From Rebecca billardiae RCC1528 (taxonomy: Eukaryota > Protista > Haptophyta), in assembly GCA_965240325.2 (NCBI GenBank), contig OZ251223.1, positions 3,038,001 to 3,102,000 on the forward strand: 64,000 nt of DNA. Reading direction: 5' to 3'. Position 1 is the stretch's first letter. Every line of letters starts with the position of its first letter. A program made the position numbers and the translations under genes. The notes under the pieces are model-generated. The model was not told the DNA's origin. It made no database searches and was given only the letters and a program-made list of their open reading frames with translations. This document shows, piece by piece, positions 12,091 through 23,409 of this stretch.

Positions 12091-13032
12091 TTAGGAGCTG
12101 GTCCGTCCCCAGAACATGTGCTGTACTTCCGGCGTGTTGACGACCCCTGGCGCAGATGCGAAGCACAGCACCGCCACCAGGCGGTCGCAGGAGCCATCCA
12201 CCCGCGTCACGCGATGCAGGGAGCGCTGCCCATTGAAGATCTGCAGTGTGCCCGCTCTGAAGCACGCCACTTGCACCGGTGGCGATTGCACCTCTCGCGG
12301 CTCAGATGAGGCACGCTCGCCAGCGCCAGCGCTCGGCGTGTATTCGGTGGTCGTGCGGATGACATGCGCCACACGCGGCGCTGCGAGCTCGCGGTCGGAG
12401 CCTCGAAGCGGCGATGTGAACTCAAAGTCGCCGCCAGCCTCTGCAGGTTGCAAGCAGAGGGTGGTGGTGAACTCTGCTTGGTCAAAGTGCCATGCATGGT
12501 ACATGCCCGGGCGGAAGACGTTGACGCTGCAGCAGCCGAGAGGATCAGCAAGCCTGTGAATCGGCCTACCCGTGACGGCCCCGATGAACGCAAGCAGACC
12601 CTCCCACTCGTAGAGCCGCCGGAGCGCCGAGTCATCACCCAGCTCGTCGTACGCCGTGGAGGCGACACGCGTCCTCATCGGGAGGTTGCGGACGTGCGAT
12701 GGAGTTCGGTCGGTAGTCTCGGGTAGCTGGTATGCGTTGTGTTCAGCGTCCGTCGTGTACGCTGACGGCGCCGCGCGCCGCGCATCTGCCGCCGCGCTCT
12801 TAAGGGCCGCAGGGTGCAAGAAGCCCTCAAAGCTCACGATGCCGTCGCGCTCCAGCTGTTTGCGGGCGTTGCTGAGCAGCCTTCTCGCTACAGGGGTCGA
12901 CAGGTCGTGAACAGGGTACCTGTGCAGATTGACGCCGCAGGACCACGCCCGCTCACACGCGCTCTCGTCTCCCGACACTGTGAGGGGCAGCAGGAAGAGG
13001 ACGAGTCTGATGGTGAAGACGGCCGCCGCCAT
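12091..13032 (-). CDS. Fe(II)/2-oxoglutarate oxygenase, BesD/HalD-like family, HxD (hydroxylase-type), with signal peptide
   Basis: MAAAVFTIRLVLFLLPLTVSG signal. LERDG..F..FL, HNAY, WHFD..FTTTL.LQ..EAGG.FEF, GTLQIFNG..SLHRVT.V.G...RLVAV give the H-x-D...H triad plus the 2OG-binding Arg. Confidence 0.8.
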   Translation of the reverse strand: MAAAVFTIRLVLFLLPLTVSGDESACERAWSCGVNLHRYPVHDLSTPVARRLLSNARKQLERDGIVSFEGFLHPAALKSAAADARRAAPSAYTTDAEHNAYQLPETTDRTPSHVRNLPMRTRVASTAYDELGDDSALRRLYEWEGLLAFIGAVTGRPIHRLADPLGCCSVNVFRPGMYHAWHFDQAEFTTTLCLQPAEAGGDFEFTSPLRGSDRELAAPRVAHVIRTTTEYTPSAGAGERASSEPREVQSPPVQVACFRAGTLQIFNGQRSLHRVTRVDGSCDRLVAVLCFASAPGVVNTPEVQHMFWGRTSS

Positions 13033-13141
13033 GATTTGTGGCCGGACGGACCGACTCACGACAGGCGGTCGACAGCCGACAAACCGGGCGTCGTCAGCTG
13101 CGCGCTCGCCGGTGGCCGACAACGGGTGGCAGCGCGGCGCC

Positions 13142-13981
13142 ATGCCCCGCGAGGGAGACCGGTACGTGCTCGCGGACGCGCAGAAGCGCGACTTCTTCGA
13201 GAATGGCCTCGCGACGCTCGACGGCTTTCTCACCGAGCCAGAGGTTGCTGAGATTGAGGGCGTGTACGCTCGATTCATGTCGCGCGAGATCCACGTACCA
13301 GGCAAAGACTTTTGCGACATGAGCAAGCCGTTCGAGACGCCGTTCGAGGAGTACTCGATCATCAACTGCATGCTCCCCACCAAGTACTACCCGCCCCTTG
13401 AAGGGAACGTGTACGAGCGCCTGGCGGCCACGGTCGCGGCGCAGCTCTTCCCGGACACACCGATGGCAAAGGACTACGACCAGCTGCTGAACAAGCGGCC
13501 GGGGAAGACGGACGCCGTGTTTGGTTGGCACCAAGATATGGCCTATTGGCCCAACACGCAGATGACCCCCAACACCACAACCGTCACCTTCTCGCTGGCG
13601 ATCGACTCGACGTCTGAGGCGAACGGGTGCCTGCGGTACGTGCCTGGCTCGGGCCGGGCCAAGACGCTCCGCCCGCACCGCCCGCTCGGCACGAGCCGCG
13701 ATGACGCGCACGCCGTGCAGGCGGAGGTGCGCGAGGGAGAAGACGAGATCCGGCTCGCACCCGCGCCGCGCGGCACCGTCACCATCCATGACGAGTGGGT
13801 GGTGCACGGTTCAGGGGGTAACACCTCGAGCGGCGAGCGGCGGACGTACGTCGTCGCGTTCCGCGCGGCGGAGACTGTCAAGCTGGAGCGCGCGGCGGGC
13901 TTCACGCACTCGCACAACGATGAAGTCAACTGGGACTCCTTCCACCCGCACGAGGCAGCGGCCGAGACAGCCAGCAAGTGA
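13142..13981 (+). CDS. Phytanoyl-CoA dioxygenase (PhyH)-family Fe(II)/2OG oxygenase
   Basis: FFENG, WHQD, NGCLRYVPGS and HGSGGN....RR motifs. Confidence 0.9.
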   Translation: MPREGDRYVLADAQKRDFFENGLATLDGFLTEPEVAEIEGVYARFMSREIHVPGKDFCDMSKPFETPFEEYSIINCMLPTKYYPPLEGNVYERLAATVAAQLFPDTPMAKDYDQLLNKRPGKTDAVFGWHQDMAYWPNTQMTPNTTTVTFSLAIDSTSEANGCLRYVPGSGRAKTLRPHRPLGTSRDDAHAVQAEVREGEDEIRLAPAPRGTVTIHDEWVVHGSGGNTSSGERRTYVVAFRAAETVKLERAAGFTHSHNDEVNWDSFHPHEAAAETASK

Positions 13982-14415
13982 CTCGCCGATGGCAACACGC
14001 TTGACTCATGAACTTGGCTTGCTCGCGGGCGTCATGGCTCACAGTGCCGCATGCGCTCACAGTACTGTAGTCACACTCACAGCGCTGTGCCTGTGAAAGT
14101 GTGATGACATCATTTCATCAGCAGCAGCATGTTGATGTCAAATAACCTGTGTCATCGCAACGGTCAGGCGGTTATTACTGCTACGCCGCCACTTCAACTT
14201 GACAGTAGTGACGACGCGATTCACATCACTGACAGTGACACTGTTTAATTATTGCTTAGTTGCGTGCGTCCGGTCGTAGTGAAGACAATTGCGTGCGTCG
14301 TCGTATAGTAAAGACCATCGTGCGCAGTCTTACTCTTTTTCAAAAAGAATCTGGCGTCGTGAGACAGCGCCGCCGTGAGTGGCGGTCCACGAAACCGCGA
14401 TCACTCATCAGTATA

Positions 14416-15242
14416 TGTGGCGTTATAACGGAGTTATAACCGAGTGTGTCGGGAGGCTGGAAAGGCGACGCGCAGCTGGTGGACAAGGGCCGCCATCGTC
14501 TTCTAGGTCCTGCAGGTAGTTGTAGCCGATTTCCGGAGCTCATCGGCCACGGAGCTATCCTTTATCGTCATCATGGCGGCCGCTGGTCCTTTCATATCGG
14601 CCAACCACACTGGCTCCTCTATAAGTACCCGCTCCGCTCCACTATCCGGCGCTCGAGATCATATCCAAGATCATCTTAAGTCGGCATGGCAACGTATTAC
14701 CAAAGTTCATCAAGCAGCCCACCTATCAGAGCTCGCTCGATCATCGGTTACACGACCTTTCCGCTTTCGGGCCAAGCTGCTCATCTCTAGGCCACCCCTG
14801 CTTGCCTGCGCATCGCCATCAGCAAAGCCCGAGGTCTCATCTCCTCTGCGTTCCTTGCTTGTGCTCGTTGCGAAACCCGCCATCCGCCCCTGCAGCCTCC
14901 GTTGTGGTTGACGACCTTGTCGTCAGGCCTGTGAGTGCTGAGCTTGCCTGAGCCAGGGACCTTGCTGCCACGCTGGCGCAGTCTGCGCGCAGCTTTGGCA
15001 CCGTCGGCTCAGTCGCTCTTCCCGTTCAGCCAGGGACAAATCCCCACCATGCGCAAGTATATATATATATATATATACATCACCATTTCTGCATGGTGTG
15101 TATCATCGGCATTTGCTGCATGCTCACATATGTGCTGCAATATTACCTGCCCTCGCATGCACATCACGGCATTCACGCAGATTGTGGGTGATGTTCGTCC
15201 ATACTCAATGGCGTCGCGTCGCTTTCTATGCAGGAGGACACA
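14416..15242. mobile_element. Dispersed TG...CA element (solo-LTR-like), copy 2, flanked by TA repeats
   Basis: gtata|TGTGGCGTTATAAC...GCAGGAGGACACA|tatatatag; colinear with 5650-6306. Confidence 0.72.
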
Positions 15243-15391
15243 TATATATATAGCAGTAGTCATTATTAATTCACCGCCCGTCGTAATTAAACCGTGCGTG
15301 TGGTGATGCCGAAAAGGCGCATCAGTGGTTAGCACGACCAGCATCGATCGTCAGTTATTCTTTGTCTGAAAATTTGACACCATGTCGGACG

Positions 15392-17029
15392 TCATCGGCA
15401 CTCGGGGGCGTCTCCTCGCCCCAGCACGGTTTGGCAACGCGCCTTTCGCGCGTCTTTGCTCTGCCGAGAGAGGTGAGCGCGCTCGCGTAAGAGCATGGCT
15501 GGTGTGAAGGGTGGCGTCGCCGACCAACCCGTCGTTGCATGGCGTGCGAGCTCCTGGAGCATCACGTCGATCGCGTCCGGCGAGGATTCGCAGTGCGCGT
15601 GGTTTGAGTACTCCGAGTACTGCAGCCTGCGCGCCCAGAGGCCAATCGCTTGCTGGCGCGCTCGGATCACTTCGCGCGGGATCTCGCGCAGCTGCTGCAG
15701 CAGCGTCGCCTCGCCTAGCGCCGCCTTGGTCTCGTTCACGCGCAGCACAAGCTGGTCCCACGGCACCACGCCGGCGAACGGGAGCGGCGCCCACTCCGCG
15801 AAGAGCACGGGCACGCAGCCGAGCTGCAGCGCGTCGAAGATGGACTTGCGCAGCGGCGTGTCGCCAAACGGCTGCGCGCACAGCTCGGCGTCAGCCATCA
15901 CGGCGTACGCGCCCGTCAGTGCGTCCTCGCCCGCCTTGGAGATCGTCTCCTTCTTCGTGCGCGTCCTGGAGTCGGCGAAGAGCGCGGGCAGCGGCGCGAT
16001 GTCCGACGCGCTCGCGTTGCGCGCCGCCGCCATCTCGTTGCACAGCAGGTAGCGCTGGCACGAGCCCACGCCGTTGGAGGTCCACTTGCGCGCGAGCAAG
16101 AGGCAGCCGGGGCCGCGCACCGTGCACGCGTCGTCGCACCGATTGTAAGTGCCCCGCAGCCCGTCGCACGAGCCGGAGAAGGCGAGCAGCCATCGGCGCG
16201 CGGAGCCGGCCGCCGCCTCCTCGGCCCCGCGCCGCGGCCATCGGCTCGGCGGGTACATGGCGAAGGAGGACGGGTACGGCACCGTCAGGTCCGCGAGCGG
16301 CGGCTCCGTGGCCCGCTGCACACGCGCGCACTGCCAGAGGTCGTTGCACACGCTCGTGGACACGACGCGCACGCCGAGCGCGCGCGCGCGCTCGAGGAGC
16401 TCGTACGGGCGCTCCGCGCCGAGCGGGTTGACGAGGAAGAACGTGCGCCGGCGCTCGCGCTCGGCCGCGCCGAGCGAGCGGTTGTGCGCGGCCAGCAGCT
16501 CCTCGAGCGCCTCGCCGCCCGTCCGGCCGCCAAACTCGGGGAAGCCGCGCGTCTGCGCGCGCACGAGCGCGAGCGGCACGAAGACGAGCTCGGGCGTGTA
16601 CGCGCGCTGGCGCCTGCGGCCCAGTCGATCGAGCGCCAGCCGCTCGTCACCGTACCGCTCGGAGAGCCACGAGGGCGCGCCCGTCAGCACGTCGAGCAGC
16701 TCGGCGCGCCGCTCGGCCGAGCGCTGCGCGCTCTCGTACTCACTTAGCCGCAGGCCGAGCCAGTAGGGCAGCGCGCCGAGGCACGCGTAGTGGAACGCCA
16801 GCGGGCGGCCCTCGGCATCCGCGAAGACGCGCCGGCTCCGCACGAAGCTGCCCCACTGCGGCTGGCTGCGGAGGTGCAGGCGGCGCCGGACAACGCAGCA
16901 CTGGCCCGGCGGCTGGCCGTACATCTTGCACTCATCGACGCGCGCGAACTCGGGCGGCAGGCGGAGTACGCGCACGCGCGGGCAGCGTGAGGAGCTGCTG
17001 CTCAGCCAGCACGCGAGCACGAGCAGCAT
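15392..17029 (-). CDS. Exostosin-family (GT47) glycosyltransferase
   Basis: N-terminal hydrophobic MLLVLACW. Motifs VPYP, LLAFSG, CAQPFGDTPLRKSIFDALQLGCVPV and LPF...PW. Confidence 0.85.
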   Translation of the reverse strand: MLLVLACWLSSSSSRCPRVRVLRLPPEFARVDECKMYGQPPGQCCVVRRRLHLRSQPQWGSFVRSRRVFADAEGRPLAFHYACLGALPYWLGLRLSEYESAQRSAERRAELLDVLTGAPSWLSERYGDERLALDRLGRRRQRAYTPELVFVPLALVRAQTRGFPEFGGRTGGEALEELLAAHNRSLGAAERERRRTFFLVNPLGAERPYELLERARALGVRVVSTSVCNDLWQCARVQRATEPPLADLTVPYPSSFAMYPPSRWPRRGAEEAAAGSARRWLLAFSGSCDGLRGTYNRCDDACTVRGPGCLLLARKWTSNGVGSCQRYLLCNEMAAARNASASDIAPLPALFADSRTRTKKETISKAGEDALTGAYAVMADAELCAQPFGDTPLRKSIFDALQLGCVPVLFAEWAPLPFAGVVPWDQLVLRVNETKAALGEATLLQQLREIPREVIRARQQAIGLWARRLQYSEYSNHAHCESSPDAIDVMLQELARHATTGWSATPPFTPAMLLRERAHLSRQSKDARKARCQTVLGRGDAPECR

Positions 17030-17228
17030 CCGCCATTGTGCATCCACTCGCCGCGCGGCCAGTGGCCGACTGCCATCGTGCATCCGAGCCTCTCGCCGAG
17101 AAAGGCACCAGGACCCGTCCGGTGCGCGCAGCTTTCGCTTTCAGCATAGTCGAGTCGACCACCCACGAGCTTCCGCGAGCGGCTGAGCGCTCTCGCGATC
17201 GCCGCACCGAGCCCCGGGGCGCGCGGGC

Positions 17229-20200
17229 ATGTACTTCCTCCCGAAGACACCGCGCCCCGCGCGCGTGACGGCCAGCCCTCGAGCCGCGGCCTTCTCCGCG
17301 GTAGCGGGCGCGACCTCCAACCAGGAGACGGCGCATACTGTCGCGTCCGTGAACGCCACCGCCTTCGCCCCGGTGCAGAGCCAAGGCGCGCCGCCGGCCG
17401 TGCCCGCGATCACGCCGGACCCGTCAGGCGGCTCCGAGGCGGACGAGGCTCTTCACGGTAGGAGCACAGCGCCCTCGCTCCACCCGACCACTCGCAGCGT
17501 GCGCGCCCGCTCGCTCCCCTCACCCACCTCCGCCGCTGTCGCGCGCGCGCGATGTGGCGTGCGCAGCCGCTTACGCAGAGTTTGTGCGCTCGGGCGCCGC
17601 GGCCGCGGCCGCCTGCGTCGAGCCACTGCTCGCGCGCGATCGCGAGGCGGGGCTCTCGACCATGGCGAACGCCGCGTGCTCGCTCTCCGAGGCGCTCCTG
17701 CGCCAGGCCTCCCTCCCGTCCATCGGCACGGGCGGCGCGGACGCGGGCGGCGCGGAGGGCGCTGGCTGGGCGTCCGCTGGGATGGGCGCGCCATCCTCGA
17801 CGCCGCTGCTGGTCTCCATGCTGCTCGACGAGAAGGCGAAGCGGCACCGCACCCTCGAGATGATGCTCCGCGCCGCGCTGCCCCCGGAGGCGCACCGGCT
17901 GCCCCTCGACCCCGCACCGGCCGGCGGCGGCGCCGGTGGCGGCGAGGAGGGCGCACCCGCGGCGCGCGCGCACACGCTCGCGAGCGTGCTGTCAGCCAAC
18001 AGCGCGAGGCTGGCGTGTGCGCGCGTGCTGCGCGCCGAGCACAACGCCCTCGCCAGCGCCGCGCCGCCGCCGCCGCCCGCGGGCGCGCCGCGCTCCGCCG
18101 CGGGCCCGGACGCCGGCGCCGCCCTCGCCCTCGACGAGCTTGAGAGCGCGATGGCGCGGTGCGCCGGCGGCGGGCAGCGCGCGGCCGCGGGCGCGGGCGC
18201 AGGCTTCTACAGGCGCGTGGACACGGTGGAGGCCGTGCTGCCCGAGCTCGCCACCGCCGTCGCCGCCGTCGCCGCGCGCGGCGCGAGCGACGGCTCGGAG
18301 CGCGCCGCCGCCATCGCGCGCGCGCTCGACCGGCTGCTGCACGTCGCGTGTGCGCTCGTGACCGAGGCCGAGCGCTCGGCGGCCGGCTCGGGCGCGGGCG
18401 GCGCGGCCGACGCGGCCGGCGCGGCCCGCGGCGAGGGCGGGCTCACCGAGCGAGTGGCGGCGGGCGCGCCGTGCGCGGCGTGGCTCGGCACCCCCGCCGT
18501 GCGCGCCGCCCTGCTCGCGTGCGCGCGCCTCTCCGTCGCGTGGGCCCACTCCGACGACGCGCTGAGCGCGGCGCGCGCCGACGCTGCGCCGCTTGCTCTG
18601 CTTTCGAGCGCGCACGCGCTCGCGTGCGCGCTGCTGCGCGGGCACGTGGGCGAGGCGGCGGCGGCGTGGCTCGACGCGAGTGGGCGCTCGGCCCAGCTCG
18701 CCTCGGCTGCGCCCTCCGCCGCCGGAGGCCCGAGCGCGGACGACGCCCGCGCCGCCGCCTCGCCAGCCGTGCGCCGCGCGCTCGACGCGCTCGCGGCCGC
18801 GCGGCGCGAGGCGGCGACAGCCTTCCTCAAGCCGCAGCTCGATGCCGCCGCGGCCGCGACGGCCGCCGGCGCGACGACGTCGGTGCTGAGCCGCTCGGCC
18901 GTCGCGCGCGCCGCCGCCGAGCTCGCGTGCGACCTCGGCGCCGAGTTCCACGACTTCGAGCTGCTCGCCGAGCTATGCAGCCGCCCCGAACTCGGGCTGA
19001 GCGCCCCGGAGGAGCGGCTGGCGGCCTTTCTCGAGAGGTTCCACCCCACGCGCGGCCGGGGCGCGCTGTGGGCGTGGGAGCGCGTGGGGCGCGGCGGCGC
19101 GGCGGCGCGCGACGGCGCGGACGACGCGTCCGACGCGTCCGCCGCGCTCGGCACCGGCTTCCCCCGCGCGCTGATGCAGCACTACATGGCGTGCGGCGCG
19201 GCCGGGCTGCCGCGGCTGATGGGCCTGGGTGACGCGTACGACGACGACGTCGCGCACTTCCTGGCGGCGCACCCGCAGCTGCTGTGGCTGCACCACATCA
19301 AGCGCGGCGCGCGCGCGGCCGAGCGCGCGCGCGCCGGCGCGCGCTCGCCCACCGGCCCCGCCGACGCCGCCGCGCCGCTCTTCTCGCCGGCGACGCCGTT
19401 TGCCGCGCCCGCGCCCGGCGCGCGCGCCGCGCGCGCCGAGTGCGCGCCGGGCGCGCTCGCCCTCGGCGAGTTCGGGGCGGCCGCCGAGACGCTGTACCAG
19501 TGCGCGGCTGCGGAGGGCGGGCGCCTCTCGATCAAGTCGCTCTTCCTGCACCTGGGCAAGCTCGCGCACCTCGCGAGCTCGGCGGACGACCCGGAAGACA
19601 CCGCCGACGCCGACGCCGACGGCTCGCTGCCGCTCGGGCGGCGCGCGCCGTCCAATGGCGCGGCGCCGCGGCCGGAGCCGGCGCCCGTCACGGTGGCGCT
19701 GCCGCCGCCCGCCGAGCCGAACGCGGCGGGGGCGTGCGCGCCGCCCGCGCGCACGCCGTGGCCGCTGCAGCGCGCCGACGACGAGATCTACGCCGTGCAC
19801 GCGCAGCGCGTCCTCGACGGCGTGGGCATGGATGCCGACGTGCCGTGTCTGCCCGCGGCAAGTATGGTCGCCGCGCTGCTGGGCGGTGCGGGCGCCGAGG
19901 CGCGCGCGCGCGGCGGCGGCGAGGAGGGCGGCGGCGGCGGTCGCGCGTTCACGCAGAGCGACCTCTTCCTCGCGCTCGACCTGTGGGAGCGCTCGCGCTG
20001 GGACGAGGAGGACGCGGCCGCGCGCGATGCCGCCGTGCGCGTCGGCCCTGGCGGGCTGCGCGCGCCGCCGCCCGCAGCCGCGGAGTCTGAGCTCGAGCTC
20101 GTGCGCACGCGCCGCGCGAAGCTGCTCAGCGAGATCTGGTGCGCGCCCGGCTGCCGCTGCACGGCGCTGCACTGCGCGCCGCGCCGCCCCCACGCGCCGC

Positions 20201-20755
20201 GCGCTGCCCCGCCGCCGCTCAGCACGCCCCGCGCCCCGCCCCCGCCGTGCGCGCAGGGCCGAGGCCATCCGGGCAGACATGGACTCGGCGTGGCGCCCGC
20301 TGTGCGACCCGGCCACTCGCTGGGGCGGCGACGAGCAGCTGTCGAGCGTCGCGCAGTCGACGCTCGTCTTCCACGCCGTCGTCTACCAGCGCGCCCACGG
20401 CCGCATGCACGTGCGTGCGTACGCCCTCCCTCGCGCCGCGCCGTCGGAGGGTCGGGGCTGAGGGCGCGCCTCCCTCCCTGCCTCCCTCGCGTGGGCCGGG
20501 GCGCCCGCTCACCCATGCGTGCGCGCGCCGGCGCGCGTGCCGCGGCGCCCGCAGACGCTCGCCGCCATCGAGGCCGCGGTGTCTCAGCACCTCCAGCTTC
20601 TCCCGCCCGCTGCCGAGGCGGAGGTCGTGCGCGCCGCCCTCGCCGAGCGCGTGCAGCAGGTGGTAGCCCTCGCCCTCGAGCATCGGCCGGAAGAGCAAGA
20701 GCCGCGCGCTGCCGCCAGCGCCGAGCAAATGCCCGCCATGATGCTCACCACGTGA
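17229..20755 (+). CDS. NUP133: Nucleoporin Nup133-like (alpha-solenoid part)
   Basis: Inferred exons 17229-17457, 17567-20138, 20257-20410 and 20555-20755. Motifs LDEK..RH..L, FYRRV, FHDFELLAELC, FLAAHPQLLWLH, AAETL..K..LHLGKLAHLA and IWAEAIRAD..W. Confidence 0.75.
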
Positions 20756-21041
20756 TGGGCTTCGTGCTGCTGGCTGCCGCGGCGGCGCGCTGATGAGAAC
20801 CATGCGGAAACTCGCCGTCCGCCTCACGACGCACGCTTGTAGGCGGCGGCGGCGATTGGTGACGACGACGACTCAGAGTCAGATATGCGCTCGTCATATG
20901 AATCGCCAATCGGACGACTAGTGCTGCTCAGATCGTCTGCTAGGACGAGCTTGACGACGAGGGTAAGAGTTCATCAGATTATTATAACCGACGTACAGAT
21001 CGATTTATAAGACGATGAGACGACTGACGACTCGCGACGAT

Positions 21042-21071
21042 TCTCTCTCTCGATCTCTCTCTCGATCTCTC

Positions 21072-21128
<57 letters not shown>
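21042..21128. repeat. (CT)n microsatellite in the convergent spacer
   Basis: Direct observation. Confidence 0.95.
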
Positions 21129-21131
<3 letters not shown>

Positions 21132-21665
21132 GTATTATTGCTCATGCTCGGCTATAGTGCTACGACTTGCAGTACGTGACGACTCTATGAGTCTAGCTCT
21201 GAGGCTGTCGTCACACTCATCGGATCTGAGTCATCGCGGCATAATCGTCAGCAGCAATCTCATAGTATGCACACTCATCACATGTACATACAATAAGCTT
21301 CACTACTACAAGAGTGCTATACAGTCACTGACATGCGCAGTCATGCGCCAGAGTGACAGGCGGCATATCATCAGTCGTAGTCATCCGTGATGCGCTGATG
21401 ATGACGATGCGGTGACGACTGACGACGAGCAGTACATAATAATCGCATCAGCCGAGTCGCGCGGGGCGTTTTGCCTGCGGCTGCCTGACGACTCTGGTAA
21501 TGGTTGATGCCATCATCGGTCTCACTCTCACTCAGGTCTGAATCTGAGACTGATGATGATGATCAGCATATATCGCGCGCGTCATCGTGCGCGAATATAC
21601 GCAATAATAATTCATCGTCGCGTCAGTGACGACGTGAGCCGTCATCATCATCTTCGGAGTCGTCA

Positions 21666-23362
21666 TCACCGCTGTTGCTGTTGGCGCTGCTGCGGCGGCG
21701 GCATCATGTTGGGCATCATCATGGCAGCGTGCGGCGGGGGCATCCCGCCACCGCCGTGGTGCTGAAAGTGCGGCGGCGGCGGCGGCGGCACGGGGAGCCC
21801 GTATGGCGGCATGGGACCGTGCTGATGCATCATGTGAGGCGGCATGGCTCCGTGCTGCGGCGGCGATGGGTAGGGCGGCGGCCGCATGCGGGCGCCACCG
21901 AATGGATGATGGTGCACCGGGTTGCCCGGCGCGATGCCGCCGCTCACCACCTGCGGGCCCATGCCGCATCGGTCGGGCTGCACGGTGACGGGCATGCTGC
22001 TCATGTGCATCGGGTGGGGCGGGGGCGGCCCGCCCGGCATGTAGCATGGCGGCGCCATGAAGCCGCTGGGCGGCCCGTGCGGCGAGCCGTTGCTGCCGCC
22101 CCTCATCATCTGGTGCGAGGACGAGTAGGGCGGCATGAACGGCGGCGGCGGCATGTTGGACGGAGGTGGAGGCGGCATGTGCGGCGGCATCGGGCCGCCC
22201 ATGCGCAGGTGGCCGTGCGGCCCAGCGAGCGGGCCGCGTGGCGCGCCCGGCGCCGAGTGCATCAGCCCGGGCGTCTGCGCCTGCGCCTGCGCCGGCGTCG
22301 GCCGCGGGCGCGAGGGCGCGGATGTCGGGGCGCCGCCGCCAGACAGGCGGCTGGGCGGGCGCTGCGCGTAGCCAGCCGGCGGCCCCGGGGCCGCGCTCGG
22401 TGGCGCCTGGGGCTGCGCAGCCGCCGCCGAGCCCGCCGCCGCCGAGCCCGAGCCCGCCGCCGCCGAGCCCGAGCCCGCCTCGGCACGCGTGGCCAGCTTC
22501 ATGGCCGCGCGCGCCTGCACGGTGCGCAGCTGGATGAGCCGCGCGATGCGGATGTGTGACACGCGCGGCTTGCGCGGCAGCGGCGGGCCGAGCTGCGTCC
22601 ACTGCCCGTGCTTCCACGCCATCAGCTCGCCGAACTGCAGGTTGCGCTGCTGCCCGCTCGGGCCGGCGTCAGCGCCGCACAGCGTCGGCCACAGCGAGTC
22701 GGTGCCATGCTGCGGCTGTGGCACGCGTGGCAGCGGCGCGCTTGGCGCGACGACACGCGCGCGCTTCTCCGCAGGCGCGTCGGGTCCAGCTGTGGGCGGG
22801 GCGCGTGACCCGGCGCGCGCGCCGTCGAGTGCGGCATGGCCGGCGGCGTCCGCGCTCGAAGCCGCGACCCCGAAGTGACGCTCTCGCCGTGCGCGCAGCT
22901 CGCGCTGCAGGAAGCCGGCGAGCGGGTCCGCCCTGCGCCGGCTCAGCGCCACCAGCCCCATCAGTGCCTTCTCGTCGCGCGCCGGCCACTGGTACAGGCG
23001 GGTCTTGTTCCTGCTCACGCCGGCTACGATCAGCACGCGGTTGCGCTGCGTGCGCTTCTTCTTGCCCTCGGGGTCGAGCGTGCGCTCGACGACCTCCCGC
23101 ATGTCGGCGGGCGGCCCCGGCTCGGGCTCGGGCTCCGGAGGCAGCACCGTCGGCACGATGAAGCTCGGCAGCGCGGGCGGCACGCTGTGCTGCACGAGTG
23201 TGGCGGCACCAAGCACGGGCGCGGCCGCGAGCGCGGCAGAGCCGGGCCCGGCGGGCTCGGCGCGCGCGTCTGGCCGCATGCCAGGGGGCTGCCCCGGCGC
23301 GGGCGCGGGGCGCGTCTGCTCGAGCGGCGGGTTCGAGGACGGATGCGATTGCTGGGCTGCCA

Positions 23363-23409
<47 letters not shown>

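Noticed and set aside
12091-13032. Calling the BesD/HalD-like protein a halogenase
   Set aside because: It retains the Asp (HFD); halogenases in this family have Gly or Ala at that position.
12929-13383. Apparent antisense overlap of the two oxygenase ORFs (12091-13383 minus and 12929-13981 plus)
   Set aside because: The extensions are shadow readings of the opposite gene. The plausible starts (13032 with a signal peptide, and 13142) do not overlap.
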